Origin: Gammaproteobacteria bacterium
Lineage (GTDB): Bacteria > Pseudomonadota > Gammaproteobacteria > CBDBNL01 > JAAOII01
Direction of reading: 5' to 3'
Assembly (NCBI GenBank): GCA_965209035.1
Contig: OZ242372.1
Location: forward strand, 576,001 to 640,000
DNA length: 64,000 nucleotides
Shown here piece after piece: positions 52,567 to 62,714 of this stretch (its first letter is position 1; every line of letters begins with the position of its first letter). The notes below the pieces were generated by a model that saw only the letters and a program-made list of their open reading frames with translations, had not been told where the DNA came from and made no database searches. The translations under genes and the position numbers were made by a program.

Positions 52567-53639
52567 GTTTCGCTTTTGTATCCGCCCTTAATAACAACCC
52601 CTTCTATTAAACTTCTTCGCAAATTGAGTGCCCCGTTTGTGGATGTAAATGCAATCTTATTTCAGTTGCACTCTGTCAGTATGTTTCCGATCTCTTGTTT
52701 GTTGCGGTGAATCTTAACACCATAGCCTCTTCTGTGCGGCAATTTTTCAAAATCCGTGTACGCCCGCATACCGCTAAAACAAGTGGAAGGCAAGTAAACA
52801 TCACACGCATATAGCATGTTTTTGTTGCGGGTGCTACTCGGCGTGCCTCCGTCTGATAACGAATACACCGTAATGAACCCGGAACAGGTATGTTTAATTT
52901 CTTGTTTAATATAGTGCGTATTAATCTTTGTCCATACCTGGAAGCATACGGATACGCTAACTTCTTTGCCGTTCGGATATTGAAAAGAGTTGTCCGGTAA
53001 ATTTTCCGTGTAGGCTCGTTTGTATTTTTTGATGATTCGTTTGGCCGGAACGCCCTTGCCATCGCTGTTGAACAATGGCGGCAATATGAAAGCGACCATA
53101 TCCGCAAACACCGAAGAATGATTGATAAACTGTAAAGCGAGATGTCCTCTCAAACCAAAAGGAGGATTGCCGATGACCGCATATTTCCCCGCACGCTCGG
53201 GTCTCCAGGTGAGGTAATCCCGCACCAGAATCTCATTTGCATTTTTTACTTGCGGTTCTATGTCAATGCCTATTCGCCGGTTTTTTGGCAAGACATTGTA
53301 AAAACTGCCACAGCCGGCACCGGGCTCCACAAATGTATAAGGACTTAAAGAAACCTTGAGATTTTTTGCTACCATATGAAACTTCTTATAGCAATAGGCG
53401 GCAATCTCAGCTTTCGTATAAAACTGATCCTTGTCTCTTGCCCCGCCACGGCTATCGGTTTGTTTCCCCAGGATTCGCAAAAAATCCCCTCTGTAATGAC
53501 TCGGCACCCCTGTCTGATACCAACGGGAAACAGTATTACTGTTTAATCCTAACTTCTTGGCAATAAAATTCGGATCATACTCGACAAGTATCTTATTAAA
53601 TAATTGATGTGAATTAAAACGATCTTCCATACTACTCAT
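52554..53639 (-). pseudogene. HTH + amino-(N6/N4) DNA methyltransferase with in-frame TGA at 52662-52664
   Basis: HTH IAKKLGL..NTVSRW; DQFYT, EPGAGCG, GNPPFG; frame continues 35 codons past the TGA (NKIAFTSTNGALNLRRSLI...) to TAA at 52554, overlapping the next gene's start. Confidence 0.7.
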
Positions 53640-53798
53640 TTTTACTGTGATCTTATTATAATCGCATCGTAAAAAAATACCTCAAAAGTTTCCGAAGTAC
53701 GGCACAGCCGGCGAGATTATCTTAAAGCCATTGAACGCCCGCAAGATAATACACTCGGCGATTACGAATTCATTGGAAAAAAGTTATATAATATCAAT

Positions 53799-54317
53799 AT
53801 GAGTACTGAGGTTACAACTTATAGCGGTCGTGCAGTTGCCGGGTACTTTCTGCATAAGGCCAAACAAGAAAATAAAGCACCGGACAGGCTGCAAATGATG
53901 AAGTTAGCTTATCTGGCACATGGTTGGTGCTTGGGTATTTTTAACAAACCCTTGGTCAGTGAAGAAATCGAAGCCTGGCTCTATGGCCCCACTATCCGCG
54001 TTTTGTATAATGCGGTTCAGAATACAAAAACACACACAAACACACACACAAACACACACAATGTCCCGACGAACTTGTTTGACGATGCTTATCGGGAGAC
54101 AAGTTGGTCGCAGGAGACGAAGGAGCTGCTGGACGCAGTCTGGGTGCGTTACAAAAAATATTCCGGCTTGGAACTTTCCGGCTTATGTCATGCAAAAGGG
54201 TCTCCTTGGTTTCAAGTAAACGAAAAAAAAGCGATTATTGCGAATGAAATAATCAAGGCCTATTACAAAGATCTTTGGGTCAAGATCTCCGGGCAAAGAT
54301 CTCCCGGTATGGATTGA
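53799..54317 (+). CDS. Panacea/SocA (DUF4065) antitoxin-domain protein, copy 1
   Basis: VAGYFL, LQMMKLAYLAHGW, EAWLYGP, LSGLCH..GSPW, I.NE.IK.YY. Confidence 0.85.
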   Translation: MSTEVTTYSGRAVAGYFLHKAKQENKAPDRLQMMKLAYLAHGWCLGIFNKPLVSEEIEAWLYGPTIRVLYNAVQNTKTHTNTHTNTHNVPTNLFDDAYRETSWSQETKELLDAVWVRYKKYSGLELSGLCHAKGSPWFQVNEKKAIIANEIIKAYYKDLWVKISGQRSPGMD

Positions 54318-54459
54318 TAATCAAATCGCCCACTGCAAGCGGTTTTGGCGGATATGCTGTCAGGCGGAGCCTTCTCTATTGAGATTACTTCTTGAACGCT
54401 CGCAAGATAATACACTCGGCGATTATGGATTCATTGGAAAAAAGTTATATAATATCAAT

Positions 54460-54933
54460 ATGAGTACTGAGGTTACAACTTATAGCGGTCGTGCAGTTGC
54501 CGGGTACTTTCTGCATAAGGCCAAACAAGAAAATAAAGCACTGGACAGGCTGCAAATGATGAAGTTAGTTTATCTGGCACATGGTTGGTGCTTGGGTATT
54601 TTCAACAAACCCTTAATCGACGAAGAGATCGAAGCCTGGCTCTATGGCCCCACTATCCGCGTTTTGTATTATGCGGTTCAGAATACAAAAACACACAATG
54701 TCCCGACGAACTTGTTTGACGATGCTTATCGGGAGACAAGTTGGTCGCAGGAGACGAAGGAGCTGCTGGACGCGGTCTGGGTGCGTTACAAAAAATATTC
54801 CGGCAGGGAACTTTCCGGTTTATGTCATGCAAAAGGGTCTCCTTGGTTTCAAGTAAACGAAAAAAAAGCGATTATTGCGAATGAAATAATCAAGGCCTAT
54901 TACAAAGATCTTTGGGTCAAGATCTCCGGGTAA
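54460..54933 (+). CDS. Panacea/SocA (DUF4065) protein, copy 2
   Basis: Near-identical to copy 1; CAA>TAA removes the last 7 aa. Confidence 0.85.
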   Translation: MSTEVTTYSGRAVAGYFLHKAKQENKALDRLQMMKLVYLAHGWCLGIFNKPLIDEEIEAWLYGPTIRVLYYAVQNTKTHNVPTNLFDDAYRETSWSQETKELLDAVWVRYKKYSGRELSGLCHAKGSPWFQVNEKKAIIANEIIKAYYKDLWVKISG

Positions 54934-55097
54934 AGTTCTCCCGGTATGGATTGATAATCAAATCGCCCACTGCGAGCGGTTTTGGCGGATATGCTGTCAG
55001 GCGGAGCCTTCTCTATTGAGATTACTTCTTGAACGCTCGCAAGATAATACACTCGGCGATTATGGATTCATTGGAAAAAAAGTTATATAATATCAAT

Positions 55098-55592
55098 ATG
55101 AGTACTGAGGTTACAACTTATAGCGGTCGTGCGGTTGCCGGGTACTTTCTGCATAAGGCACAATCGGAAAATAAAGCACCGGACAGGCTGCAAATGATGA
55201 AGTTAGTTTATCTGGCACATGGTTGGTGCTTGGGTATTTTCAACAAACCCTTGGTCAGTGAAGAAATCGAAGCCTGGCTCTATGGCCCCACTATCCGCGT
55301 TTTGCATTATGCGGTTCAGAATACAAAAACACACAATGTCCCGACGAACTTGTTTGACGATTCTTATCGGGAGACAAGTTGGTCGCAGGAGACGAAGGAG
55401 CTGCTGGACGCGGTCTGGGTGCGTTACAAAAAATATTCCGGTTTGGAACTTTCCGGTTTATGTCATGCAAAAGGGTCTCCTTGGTTTCAAGTAAACGAAA
55501 AAAAAGCGATTATTGCGAATGAAATAATCAAGACCTATTACAAAGATATTTGGGTCAAGATCTCCGGGCAAAGATCTCCCGGTATGGATTGA
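55098..55592 (+). CDS. Panacea/SocA (DUF4065) protein, copy 3
   Basis: Near-identical to copies 1-2; repeat period 638-661 bp including upstream DNA. Confidence 0.85.
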   Translation: MSTEVTTYSGRAVAGYFLHKAQSENKAPDRLQMMKLVYLAHGWCLGIFNKPLVSEEIEAWLYGPTIRVLHYAVQNTKTHNVPTNLFDDSYRETSWSQETKELLDAVWVRYKKYSGLELSGLCHAKGSPWFQVNEKKAIIANEIIKTYYKDIWVKISGQRSPGMD

Positions 55593-55686
55593 TAATCAAA
55601 GAACATTCCTAATTCGCAGTTGATTCTCTTGCTGACCGCAAAATAATCATATCACCTATTCGGCATACCAATAGATAAACAGATAA

Positions 55687-56133
55687 ATGGATACAGATTC
55701 AAGTAAAAAAACGGATCTTGCGGCACTCACCAAAAACCTACCCAATAACAAGGGAGAACTAAAGCCCCCAAAAGATGAAGGCACGGATGCGGAGATTGAC
55801 TCTTATTATCAAGATCAATTAAAAAGAGACTATTCTATTCAAAAGTGGACACATAGGTTCAGACTCGTTGTTGCCGTATCGTTTCATCTCACTGTAACCG
55901 GCTTTCTTGTTTTTTATTTTTTTACCCTGGTATACTTACTGATAAAGATGGGACTTATGTTTGCGGGCCATAAAGATATTATCACCGAGGATCTTACATC
56001 CGTAGTGAGTCTTTTTATTACTCCCACACTGCCATTTATTCTTTTGGCGGCAGCCTGGATTACTTTCAGATTTAGAATAGTCGACGCACTTAAGAATACC
56101 TCCCAAAGATTCTTACCAAACAATGGCTCATGA
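55687..56133 (+). CDS. Hypothetical membrane protein, candidate partner toxin
   Basis: Two hydrophobic stretches (LVVAVSF...LMFAG; VVSLFI...WITF); follows the Panacea genes co-directionally. Confidence 0.55.
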   Translation: MDTDSSKKTDLAALTKNLPNNKGELKPPKDEGTDAEIDSYYQDQLKRDYSIQKWTHRFRLVVAVSFHLTVTGFLVFYFFTLVYLLIKMGLMFAGHKDIITEDLTSVVSLFITPTLPFILLAAAWITFRFRIVDALKNTSQRFLPNNGS

Positions 56134-56437
56134 TCATTTTTCAACACCGAAAATTTGCCAACTCCCCTACTTCTTAATGGCTTCTTATATGGCTTCTTAA
56201 CGGTTTCTTAATGGTTTTCCGGTTGTCGGGTTGTTGGGTTGTTAATTGTTTCATTCCAACTTCTTTATCCGGAAAACTCGGCTCACCATCATCAAGCATC
56301 ACTAAAAAAACCTAATTCCTTTCCGGGGTTTTTCGGGCTTCTTTATAGGCTTCTTTTCGGTTTGGGCGGAGCGAGTGCGAATGCCGAACCCGTTCTCCGC
56401 CAATATTGTGCGGGTATTCTTATAATCAAAGTAAGAG

Positions 56438-58132
56438 ATGTCAATAAAAAACAAACGTTCCATTCTGGTCACCGCCGCTCTGCCCTATGCCAACGGCCCC
56501 ATTCATCTGGGACACCTTTTGGAGCATATTCAAACGGACATCTGGGTTAGATTTCAACGCCTGTGCGGTCACGATTGCCTGTTCGTATGTGCGGACGATG
56601 CGCACGGCACCGCCACGATGCTATCCGCAGAACGCGCCAACACGGACATTCTTGTCTGGATTGAGAATATCCGCCGCGAGCACGAACGGCATCTGCGCGA
56701 CTTCGGGATCAGTTACGATAATTTTTACAGCACACATTCCGAAGAAAACAAACAACTCAGCGAAATGATTTACAACAGGTTGCAGCGGAAAGGATATATC
56801 GGCAAGCGTGTCGTTCGCCAATTTTATGACGAAGAAAAAAAGATCTTTTTGGCGGACCGCTTCATCCGGGGCAGATGCCCAAAATGCGACACACCGGACC
56901 AATACGGAGACAACTGCGAGGTATGCAGCTGCACCTATGATGCCCTTTCGCTGAAAGATCCCAGATCCCGCCTGTCCGGGAGTGTGCCGAGCATTCGCGA
57001 GTCGGAGCATCTCTTTTTTGAACTGCCGCAATTCACCGATTTTCTGCAAAAATGGATGGCGGACAGCAACCTGCAAGACGAGGTGCGCAACAAACTGAAG
57101 GAATGGTTCGCCACCGGCCTGCTGGAATGGGATATCAGTCGGGATGCCCCCTACTTTGGTTTTGAAATTCCCGGCCATCCGGACAAGTATTTTTATGTTT
57201 GGCTGGATGCGCCGATCGGCTATATGGCGAGTTTGGCAAACCTGTATCAAAAACAAGGCAAAGCATCTAATCAGCCATTTGAACTATCTGAACTCTTTGA
57301 GATCTTTAAGGACGAATGGGAGAAACGGGAAGTGTTTCATTTTATTGGCAAGGACATTATGTATTTCCACTGTCTCTTTTGGCCGGCCCTACTGAAAGGA
57401 TCCGGTTTTTCCCAGCCAAGCGGCGTATTCGCTCACGGATTCCTAACCGTCAACGGCGAAAAAATGTCAAAATCGCGCGGCACCTTTATTGCCGCCGGCG
57501 ACTATCTTACACATCTGGATCCGGAGTATATAAGATACTACTTTGCCACCAAGTTGTCGAGCGGCCTGGAAGATATGGATTTCAACACCAAAGAGTTTGG
57601 CGAGCGGGTGAACAGCGACCTGGTCGGCAAGTTGGTGAACATCGCCAGTCGCAGTGCGCGCTTCGTCAACAACAATTTTGACAACCGATTGGCGCGGGAA
57701 ACGACCGAAACCGAAAAGCAACTCTTGTGCCAACTGGCCGACGAGGGAGACGAAATAGCCAAGTTTTATGAGGGACGCCATTTTGCCAAGGCGGTCCGTC
57801 GCATTCTGGAGCATGCGGATTCGGTGAATCGTTATCTGGACCGCACCAAGCCATGGGACCTTGCCCGTGCAAACCCGACAGACGAGCGGGTTCAACAGAT
57901 CGCCACAACCGGTCTCCTTGCCTACCGCACGCTGGCGATTTACCTCAAGCCGATCCTGCCGGGCCTGGCGAGTCGTTCGGAGCAGTTGTTTTTGGAAACA
58001 GATTGGCAGTGGGATGACCGCCGCATCACACCGCCGAGCGGACGCATCGCTCCGTTCACCGCCCTGCTGCAACGAGTCAAAGCCGAAGACACGGCAAAAT
58101 TGACACAAACCCAAATTGGGTCGGAAAAATGA
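56438..58132 (+). CDS. metG: Methionyl-tRNA synthetase (no C-terminal tRNA-binding domain)
   Basis: ALPYANGPIHLGH, Zn knuckle CPKC/CEVC, KMSKS. Confidence 0.96.
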   Translation: MSIKNKRSILVTAALPYANGPIHLGHLLEHIQTDIWVRFQRLCGHDCLFVCADDAHGTATMLSAERANTDILVWIENIRREHERHLRDFGISYDNFYSTHSEENKQLSEMIYNRLQRKGYIGKRVVRQFYDEEKKIFLADRFIRGRCPKCDTPDQYGDNCEVCSCTYDALSLKDPRSRLSGSVPSIRESEHLFFELPQFTDFLQKWMADSNLQDEVRNKLKEWFATGLLEWDISRDAPYFGFEIPGHPDKYFYVWLDAPIGYMASLANLYQKQGKASNQPFELSELFEIFKDEWEKREVFHFIGKDIMYFHCLFWPALLKGSGFSQPSGVFAHGFLTVNGEKMSKSRGTFIAAGDYLTHLDPEYIRYYFATKLSSGLEDMDFNTKEFGERVNSDLVGKLVNIASRSARFVNNNFDNRLARETTETEKQLLCQLADEGDEIAKFYEGRHFAKAVRRILEHADSVNRYLDRTKPWDLARANPTDERVQQIATTGLLAYRTLAIYLKPILPGLASRSEQLFLETDWQWDDRRITPPSGRIAPFTALLQRVKAEDTAKLTQTQIGSEK

Positions 58133-59280
58133 AAGTATCGTCCACAATGCGTCTCCTGCATCTGCTGCCGCCGGAAACCGCGCACAGATTAACTTTGCGA
58201 TTATTGAATGCCCGCTGCCGTTTGCCCGGCGTTCGCAGTGATGCCCGTCCCGTTGCGCCGTGCCGCGTGATGGGGTTGGACTTTGCCAATCCGTGCGGAA
58301 TTGCCGCCGGGTTGGATAAGGACGGCGAATGCATTGCCGGTCTGCGCGCACTCGGTTTGGGCTTCACAGAACTGGGGACAGTGACGCCGCAGCCGCAACG
58401 CGGTAATCCCAAACCGCGTCTGCGGCGTTTGCCTGAGGAAACGGGGCTGCTTAACAAGATGGGATTTAACAACAAGGGGGCGGATGCCCTTGTGCAAAAA
58501 CTACGCAAAGCAAGCAAAACTAAAACCAACTGCCTGACGGGAATTAATATCGGCGTCAACCGGGACAAACTACAAGACGGGAATGAAAAAGCGGCACGAC
58601 AAGACTATGTTGCCGGGTTTCGCCGCGTCTCTGCGGTTGCCGATTATGTGTGCATTAATGTCTCCTCGCCCAACACACCCGGTCTGCGAAAAATGCAACA
58701 GCAAGGATCTCTGGCAATTCTTTTAACTCTTTTGAAAAAAGAGCAAGATCTGCTTGCCGGTGAGCAGGGCAAGTACACACCCATCACCGTCAAGTTATCG
58801 CCGGACCCGGAGAAAACAGAGATCCGTGAGATCGCCCGCATCGTCTCGGACTGCGGCATGGACGGTATCACCGCCACCAACACCTCCGTAGAACATGCAT
58901 GGCGGCAAGAATTCGGCGGCGGCATCAGCGGCAAACCCTTGGCGGCCAGATCACTGGCGGTTTTGGAAGTTCTGTCCGAACTGCGTCATCACTTGTCCCG
59001 GGGAATTGCCCTGACCTCGGTCGGTGGTATTCTCTCCGCCGAGGATATGCGTGTTCGCCTGAAAGTCGGCGCGGATCTTGTGCAGATTTACACCGGGCTG
59101 GTCTATCGGGGCATGCCGCTGATTCGAGAAATCCTGGCGGACCTTCATAATAGCCATCACAGCCATCATAACCGTCAAAACAGCCCAAGCAGCCAAAATC
59201 ACCAAAACTGCCCAAGCCATACAAAACACCCAAACACACAAAACGCAAGAAACACAATAAACGACTTGCAAAGGGTATGA
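58129..59280 (+). CDS. pyrD: Dihydroorotate dehydrogenase (quinone)
   Basis: PETAH, AAGLDK, GTVTP.PQ.GNPKPR, NVSSPNTPGLR, GGISG, VQIYTG. Confidence 0.94.
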   Translation: MKVSSTMRLLHLLPPETAHRLTLRLLNARCRLPGVRSDARPVAPCRVMGLDFANPCGIAAGLDKDGECIAGLRALGLGFTELGTVTPQPQRGNPKPRLRRLPEETGLLNKMGFNNKGADALVQKLRKASKTKTNCLTGINIGVNRDKLQDGNEKAARQDYVAGFRRVSAVADYVCINVSSPNTPGLRKMQQQGSLAILLTLLKKEQDLLAGEQGKYTPITVKLSPDPEKTEIREIARIVSDCGMDGITATNTSVEHAWRQEFGGGISGKPLAARSLAVLEVLSELRHHLSRGIALTSVGGILSAEDMRVRLKVGADLVQIYTGLVYRGMPLIREILADLHNSHHSHHNRQNSPSSQNHQNCPSHTKHPNTQNARNTINDLQRV

Positions 59281-61241
59281 GGCGCGAGGAAGAACAGAAG
59301 AACGAGCCGGGGAACGGAACGGGAGTTGCCGGTCACAGTTTGAAAGCGATCAACCTTTCCGCCTCGCCCGCGGAAGTTTACGGACACATCGCCTCCCAAC
59401 CGGGAGTTTACATCTTCTCGGCCGGCAAGAAAATCCTGTATGTCGGCAAGGCGCGTAACCTGCACAAGCGGGTTTCCTCTTATATGCGGCCGGCCGGCTT
59501 GGACAATAAATCGCGACACCTGATGGAAAGAGCGGATAACTTGCAGTTTTCACTCGCCGCCAACGAAAGCGAAGCCCTTCTCCTGGAACAAAACCTCATT
59601 AAAGAATACAAACCGCCCTACAACATTCTGCTGCGCGACGACAAATCCTATCCCTATATTTTTGTTTCCGATCATGCCGACTATCCGCTCATCACCTATC
59701 ACAGGGGACCGCGCAAGCGCAAAGGACATTATTACGGCCCCTATCCGCATGCGCGTCTGGTGCATCAAAGTTTGGAACTCCTGCACAAGACCTTCCGAGT
59801 GCGCGGCTGCACCGACAGTTTTTTTTCCAATCGCAGCCGTCCCTGTCTGCAGCATCAAATCGGCAGATGCAGTGCCCCTTGCGTGGGTGCCGTTGACAAA
59901 GAAGAATACCAAAAGAATGTTCGCTATGTCCGACAATTTTTGATTGGCAAGGACAGTGAAATACTGAACGAATTGACGGAGTCCATGCAGCGTGCGTCCG
60001 CAGAACTCAAATACGAGGCGGCGGCGGGGCTGCGCGATAGTATCGCCGGTCTGCGCAGTTTGCAACGGCAGCAGAGTGCGGAAAAAACCGCCGGGAAGTT
60101 TGGGAAGTTCGGCAACTTTGACGCGCTGGGACTGCGCAGCCATGCCAATCTGGCCTGTGTTTATGTCTTGATAGTTCGCCGCGGCAAGGTGCTGGTCGGC
60201 ACACACCACTTTTTTCGCGCGCCCGCCTTTGACGAAGAACGAAATCTCTTACCCGCGTTTGCGGAGCAGTACTACCTGAAGCATCGGCGCGAATTGCCGG
60301 ACGAAATTTTAGCCCCCTTTGACTGGCCGGAGCGGGCGGGATTGGAACAGCAGTTAACCGGCTTGGCAAAAAAGAAACTGCGTATCGCTGTCGGGGTGCG
60401 CGGGGTACGCAAAGAATGGCTGGAGATGGCGCAAAAAAATTGCACCGCCATTCTTGATAATACTCTGAATCAAAAGTATAATGAAAAGCAAGTCCTCTCC
60501 GTCCTACAAAAAATGTTAAATATCACCGAACCCATTGAGCGTATTGAATGCTTTGATATCAGCCACAGCAGCGGTGAGGCGGCGCAGGCCGCTTGCGTTG
60601 TCCGGGGACCGGAAGGCGCACAAAAACAATTTTACCGTCGTTACAACCTGGACGACATTACCCCGGGAGACGACTATGCCGCAATGGAGCAGGCGATTGC
60701 CCGCCGTTACAAAAAAGTCGCCACCGCGGATCATGCGGACCTTGCCGAAGCGGATTTGCCGCCGCAGATTCTCCTGATAGACGGAGGGCGCGGACAACTG
60801 AATCGTGTTCTCAACAAAGCCGAAGATCTCGGTCTGCGCGATATGCTCGTGATTGCCGTTGCCAAGGGCAAACAACGCAAGTTCGGCCGAGAGACCTTTT
60901 ATATTGACGACAGACTGACAGGTGGCAACCATGCGCGCGTGATTGAATATGCCAAGGAAAGTACCTCACCGGAATTAAGAGACGCGTTAAAAATTCTCTT
61001 GCGCATCCGCGATGAAGCGCACAGATTCGCTCTGCGGGGCCATACGCGCAAAAGAGACAAAAGTCGGATGGGATCCGTCTTGGACCGGGTGAAGGGGCTT
61101 GGCGAGGAACGCCAAAAAACGCTCTTGCGGCACTTCGGCGGGATAGAACAGGTGAAAAAAGCGGGAGTCGGCGATCTCGTCAAGGTGCCCGGTTTCGGTA
61201 AAACTCTGGCAACCGCAGTGTTTGAGAGGATGCACAAATGA
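59277..61241 (+). CDS. uvrC: Excinuclease ABC subunit C
   Basis: GVY..LYVGKA, LRDDKSYPY, CFDISH, IDGGRGQ, RDEAHRFA, HhH. Confidence 0.96.
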   Translation: MRREEEQKNEPGNGTGVAGHSLKAINLSASPAEVYGHIASQPGVYIFSAGKKILYVGKARNLHKRVSSYMRPAGLDNKSRHLMERADNLQFSLAANESEALLLEQNLIKEYKPPYNILLRDDKSYPYIFVSDHADYPLITYHRGPRKRKGHYYGPYPHARLVHQSLELLHKTFRVRGCTDSFFSNRSRPCLQHQIGRCSAPCVGAVDKEEYQKNVRYVRQFLIGKDSEILNELTESMQRASAELKYEAAAGLRDSIAGLRSLQRQQSAEKTAGKFGKFGNFDALGLRSHANLACVYVLIVRRGKVLVGTHHFFRAPAFDEERNLLPAFAEQYYLKHRRELPDEILAPFDWPERAGLEQQLTGLAKKKLRIAVGVRGVRKEWLEMAQKNCTAILDNTLNQKYNEKQVLSVLQKMLNITEPIERIECFDISHSSGEAAQAACVVRGPEGAQKQFYRRYNLDDITPGDDYAAMEQAIARRYKKVATADHADLAEADLPPQILLIDGGRGQLNRVLNKAEDLGLRDMLVIAVAKGKQRKFGRETFYIDDRLTGGNHARVIEYAKESTSPELRDALKILLRIRDEAHRFALRGHTRKRDKSRMGSVLDRVKGLGEERQKTLLRHFGGIEQVKKAGVGDLVKVPGFGKTLATAVFERMHK

Positions 61242-62644
61242 AAATCGTCGTTCTCGGTGCCGGGCAAGTCGGTTCCAATGTCGCGGCACTCTTGACTAAT
61301 GAAGGAATGGATGTCACTGTCATCGACAAAGCGGACGAGAAACTGCGCGCACTCCAAGAAAAACACGACATTCGCACGGTCCACGGACATGCCTCCTTGC
61401 CGAGTATTCTGACCGAGGCCGGTACGGCCGACGCCCAACTTCTGATTGCCACTACCAGCAGCGACGAGGTGAACATGATCGCCTGTCAAGTTGCCTATCA
61501 TATGTTCGGCACGCCGACGCGCATCGCCCGTATTCGCGAACTCGACTATTCCGCAAACCAGCACCTGTTTTCCAACGACAAGATTTCCGTCAATGTGTTC
61601 ATTAACCCGGAAAATCTCCTGACCGATTACATTCATTCGGCAATTTTGTTCCCTTCCGCTTTGGAGGTGATGGACTTCGCCGAAGGGAAAATTAAGTTGG
61701 TCGGCACCAAAGTAACCGCAGGCGGCCATCTGGCGCATCAAAAAATTTCATCCTTGAAAGAAATTATCCCGCACACGGATACCCGGGTGGCAGCCATTTA
61801 CCGCCAAAAAGGGCCCGTGGTGCCCACCGGGGATACGACGCTGGAACCGGAAGATGAGGTATTCTTTCTTGCCGAAGCGAATGATATAACCCGCGTGATG
61901 CGAGAATTCGGCAGTGTCGAGAAAGACAACCGCAAGATTATCATTGCCGGCGGCGGCAATATCGGACAAAAATTGGCAACAAAACTGCAGAAAAAGCACC
62001 GGGTAAAATTGATCGAAACAAACCGGGACAGATGCGAACTTCTTTCCGCCGAATTGCAGTCTGTGGTGGTTCTGTTCGGATCCGCAACCGACAGGAGTCT
62101 GATGGTGGAAGAAGATGTTGGCAGCTGTCATGTTTTTTGTGCCTTAACCAATAACGACGAAGTGAACATCCTGTCTTGTCTGATGGCAAAAAATTGCGGG
62201 GCGGCAAGAACAATTTCTCTGGTTAACAATAACGACTATCGCCGTCTGCTGGAAGAAGACAATATCCAAATAGACAAACTGGTCACTCCGCAGCAGATTA
62301 CGATCAGTCGGTTGTTATCCTATGTGCGCGGCGACGATGTGGTTCGGGTGCATTCTCTGCGCAGCGGTGCGGCCGAGGCATTGGAAGCCGTCGCCCATGG
62401 CGACGAGAGCACTTCCGGTCTGATCGGCAAAAAATTGGCAAACATTCCCCTGCCGCACGGCGTCACCCTGGGGGCTTTGGTGCGCGCAGACAAAGTGATG
62501 ATGGCACACAGTTATTTGACAGTGGAACCGGAAGATCATCTGATTTTTTTCGTGGTGGACAAAAATAGCCTGGACTCCGTGGCAAAACTGGTGGAAAGCG
62601 AAGAAGCTTCCGATAACCCGGAAGCCGGGCACACCCGGCAATGA
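61238..62644 (+). CDS. trkA: Trk K+ uptake regulatory subunit
   Basis: MKIVVLGAGQVG, second GGGNIG, SLRSGAAEALEAVAHGD. Confidence 0.95.
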   Translation: MKIVVLGAGQVGSNVAALLTNEGMDVTVIDKADEKLRALQEKHDIRTVHGHASLPSILTEAGTADAQLLIATTSSDEVNMIACQVAYHMFGTPTRIARIRELDYSANQHLFSNDKISVNVFINPENLLTDYIHSAILFPSALEVMDFAEGKIKLVGTKVTAGGHLAHQKISSLKEIIPHTDTRVAAIYRQKGPVVPTGDTTLEPEDEVFFLAEANDITRVMREFGSVEKDNRKIIIAGGGNIGQKLATKLQKKHRVKLIETNRDRCELLSAELQSVVVLFGSATDRSLMVEEDVGSCHVFCALTNNDEVNILSCLMAKNCGAARTISLVNNNDYRRLLEEDNIQIDKLVTPQQITISRLLSYVRGDDVVRVHSLRSGAAEALEAVAHGDESTSGLIGKKLANIPLPHGVTLGALVRADKVMMAHSYLTVEPEDHLIFFVVDKNSLDSVAKLVESEEASDNPEAGHTRQ

Positions 62645-62714
62645 ACCCTGTCCAAGTAAATCCGGTCCGATGAACCCCGTCCAAAGAATCCTGTCAAAAA
62701 TGAATCGATAAAAA

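Noticed and set aside
52662-52664. Alternative genetic code (TGA=Trp)
   Set aside because: The other Trp codons checked in this gene are TGG, and TGA terminates genes such as sohB and metG at sensible positions
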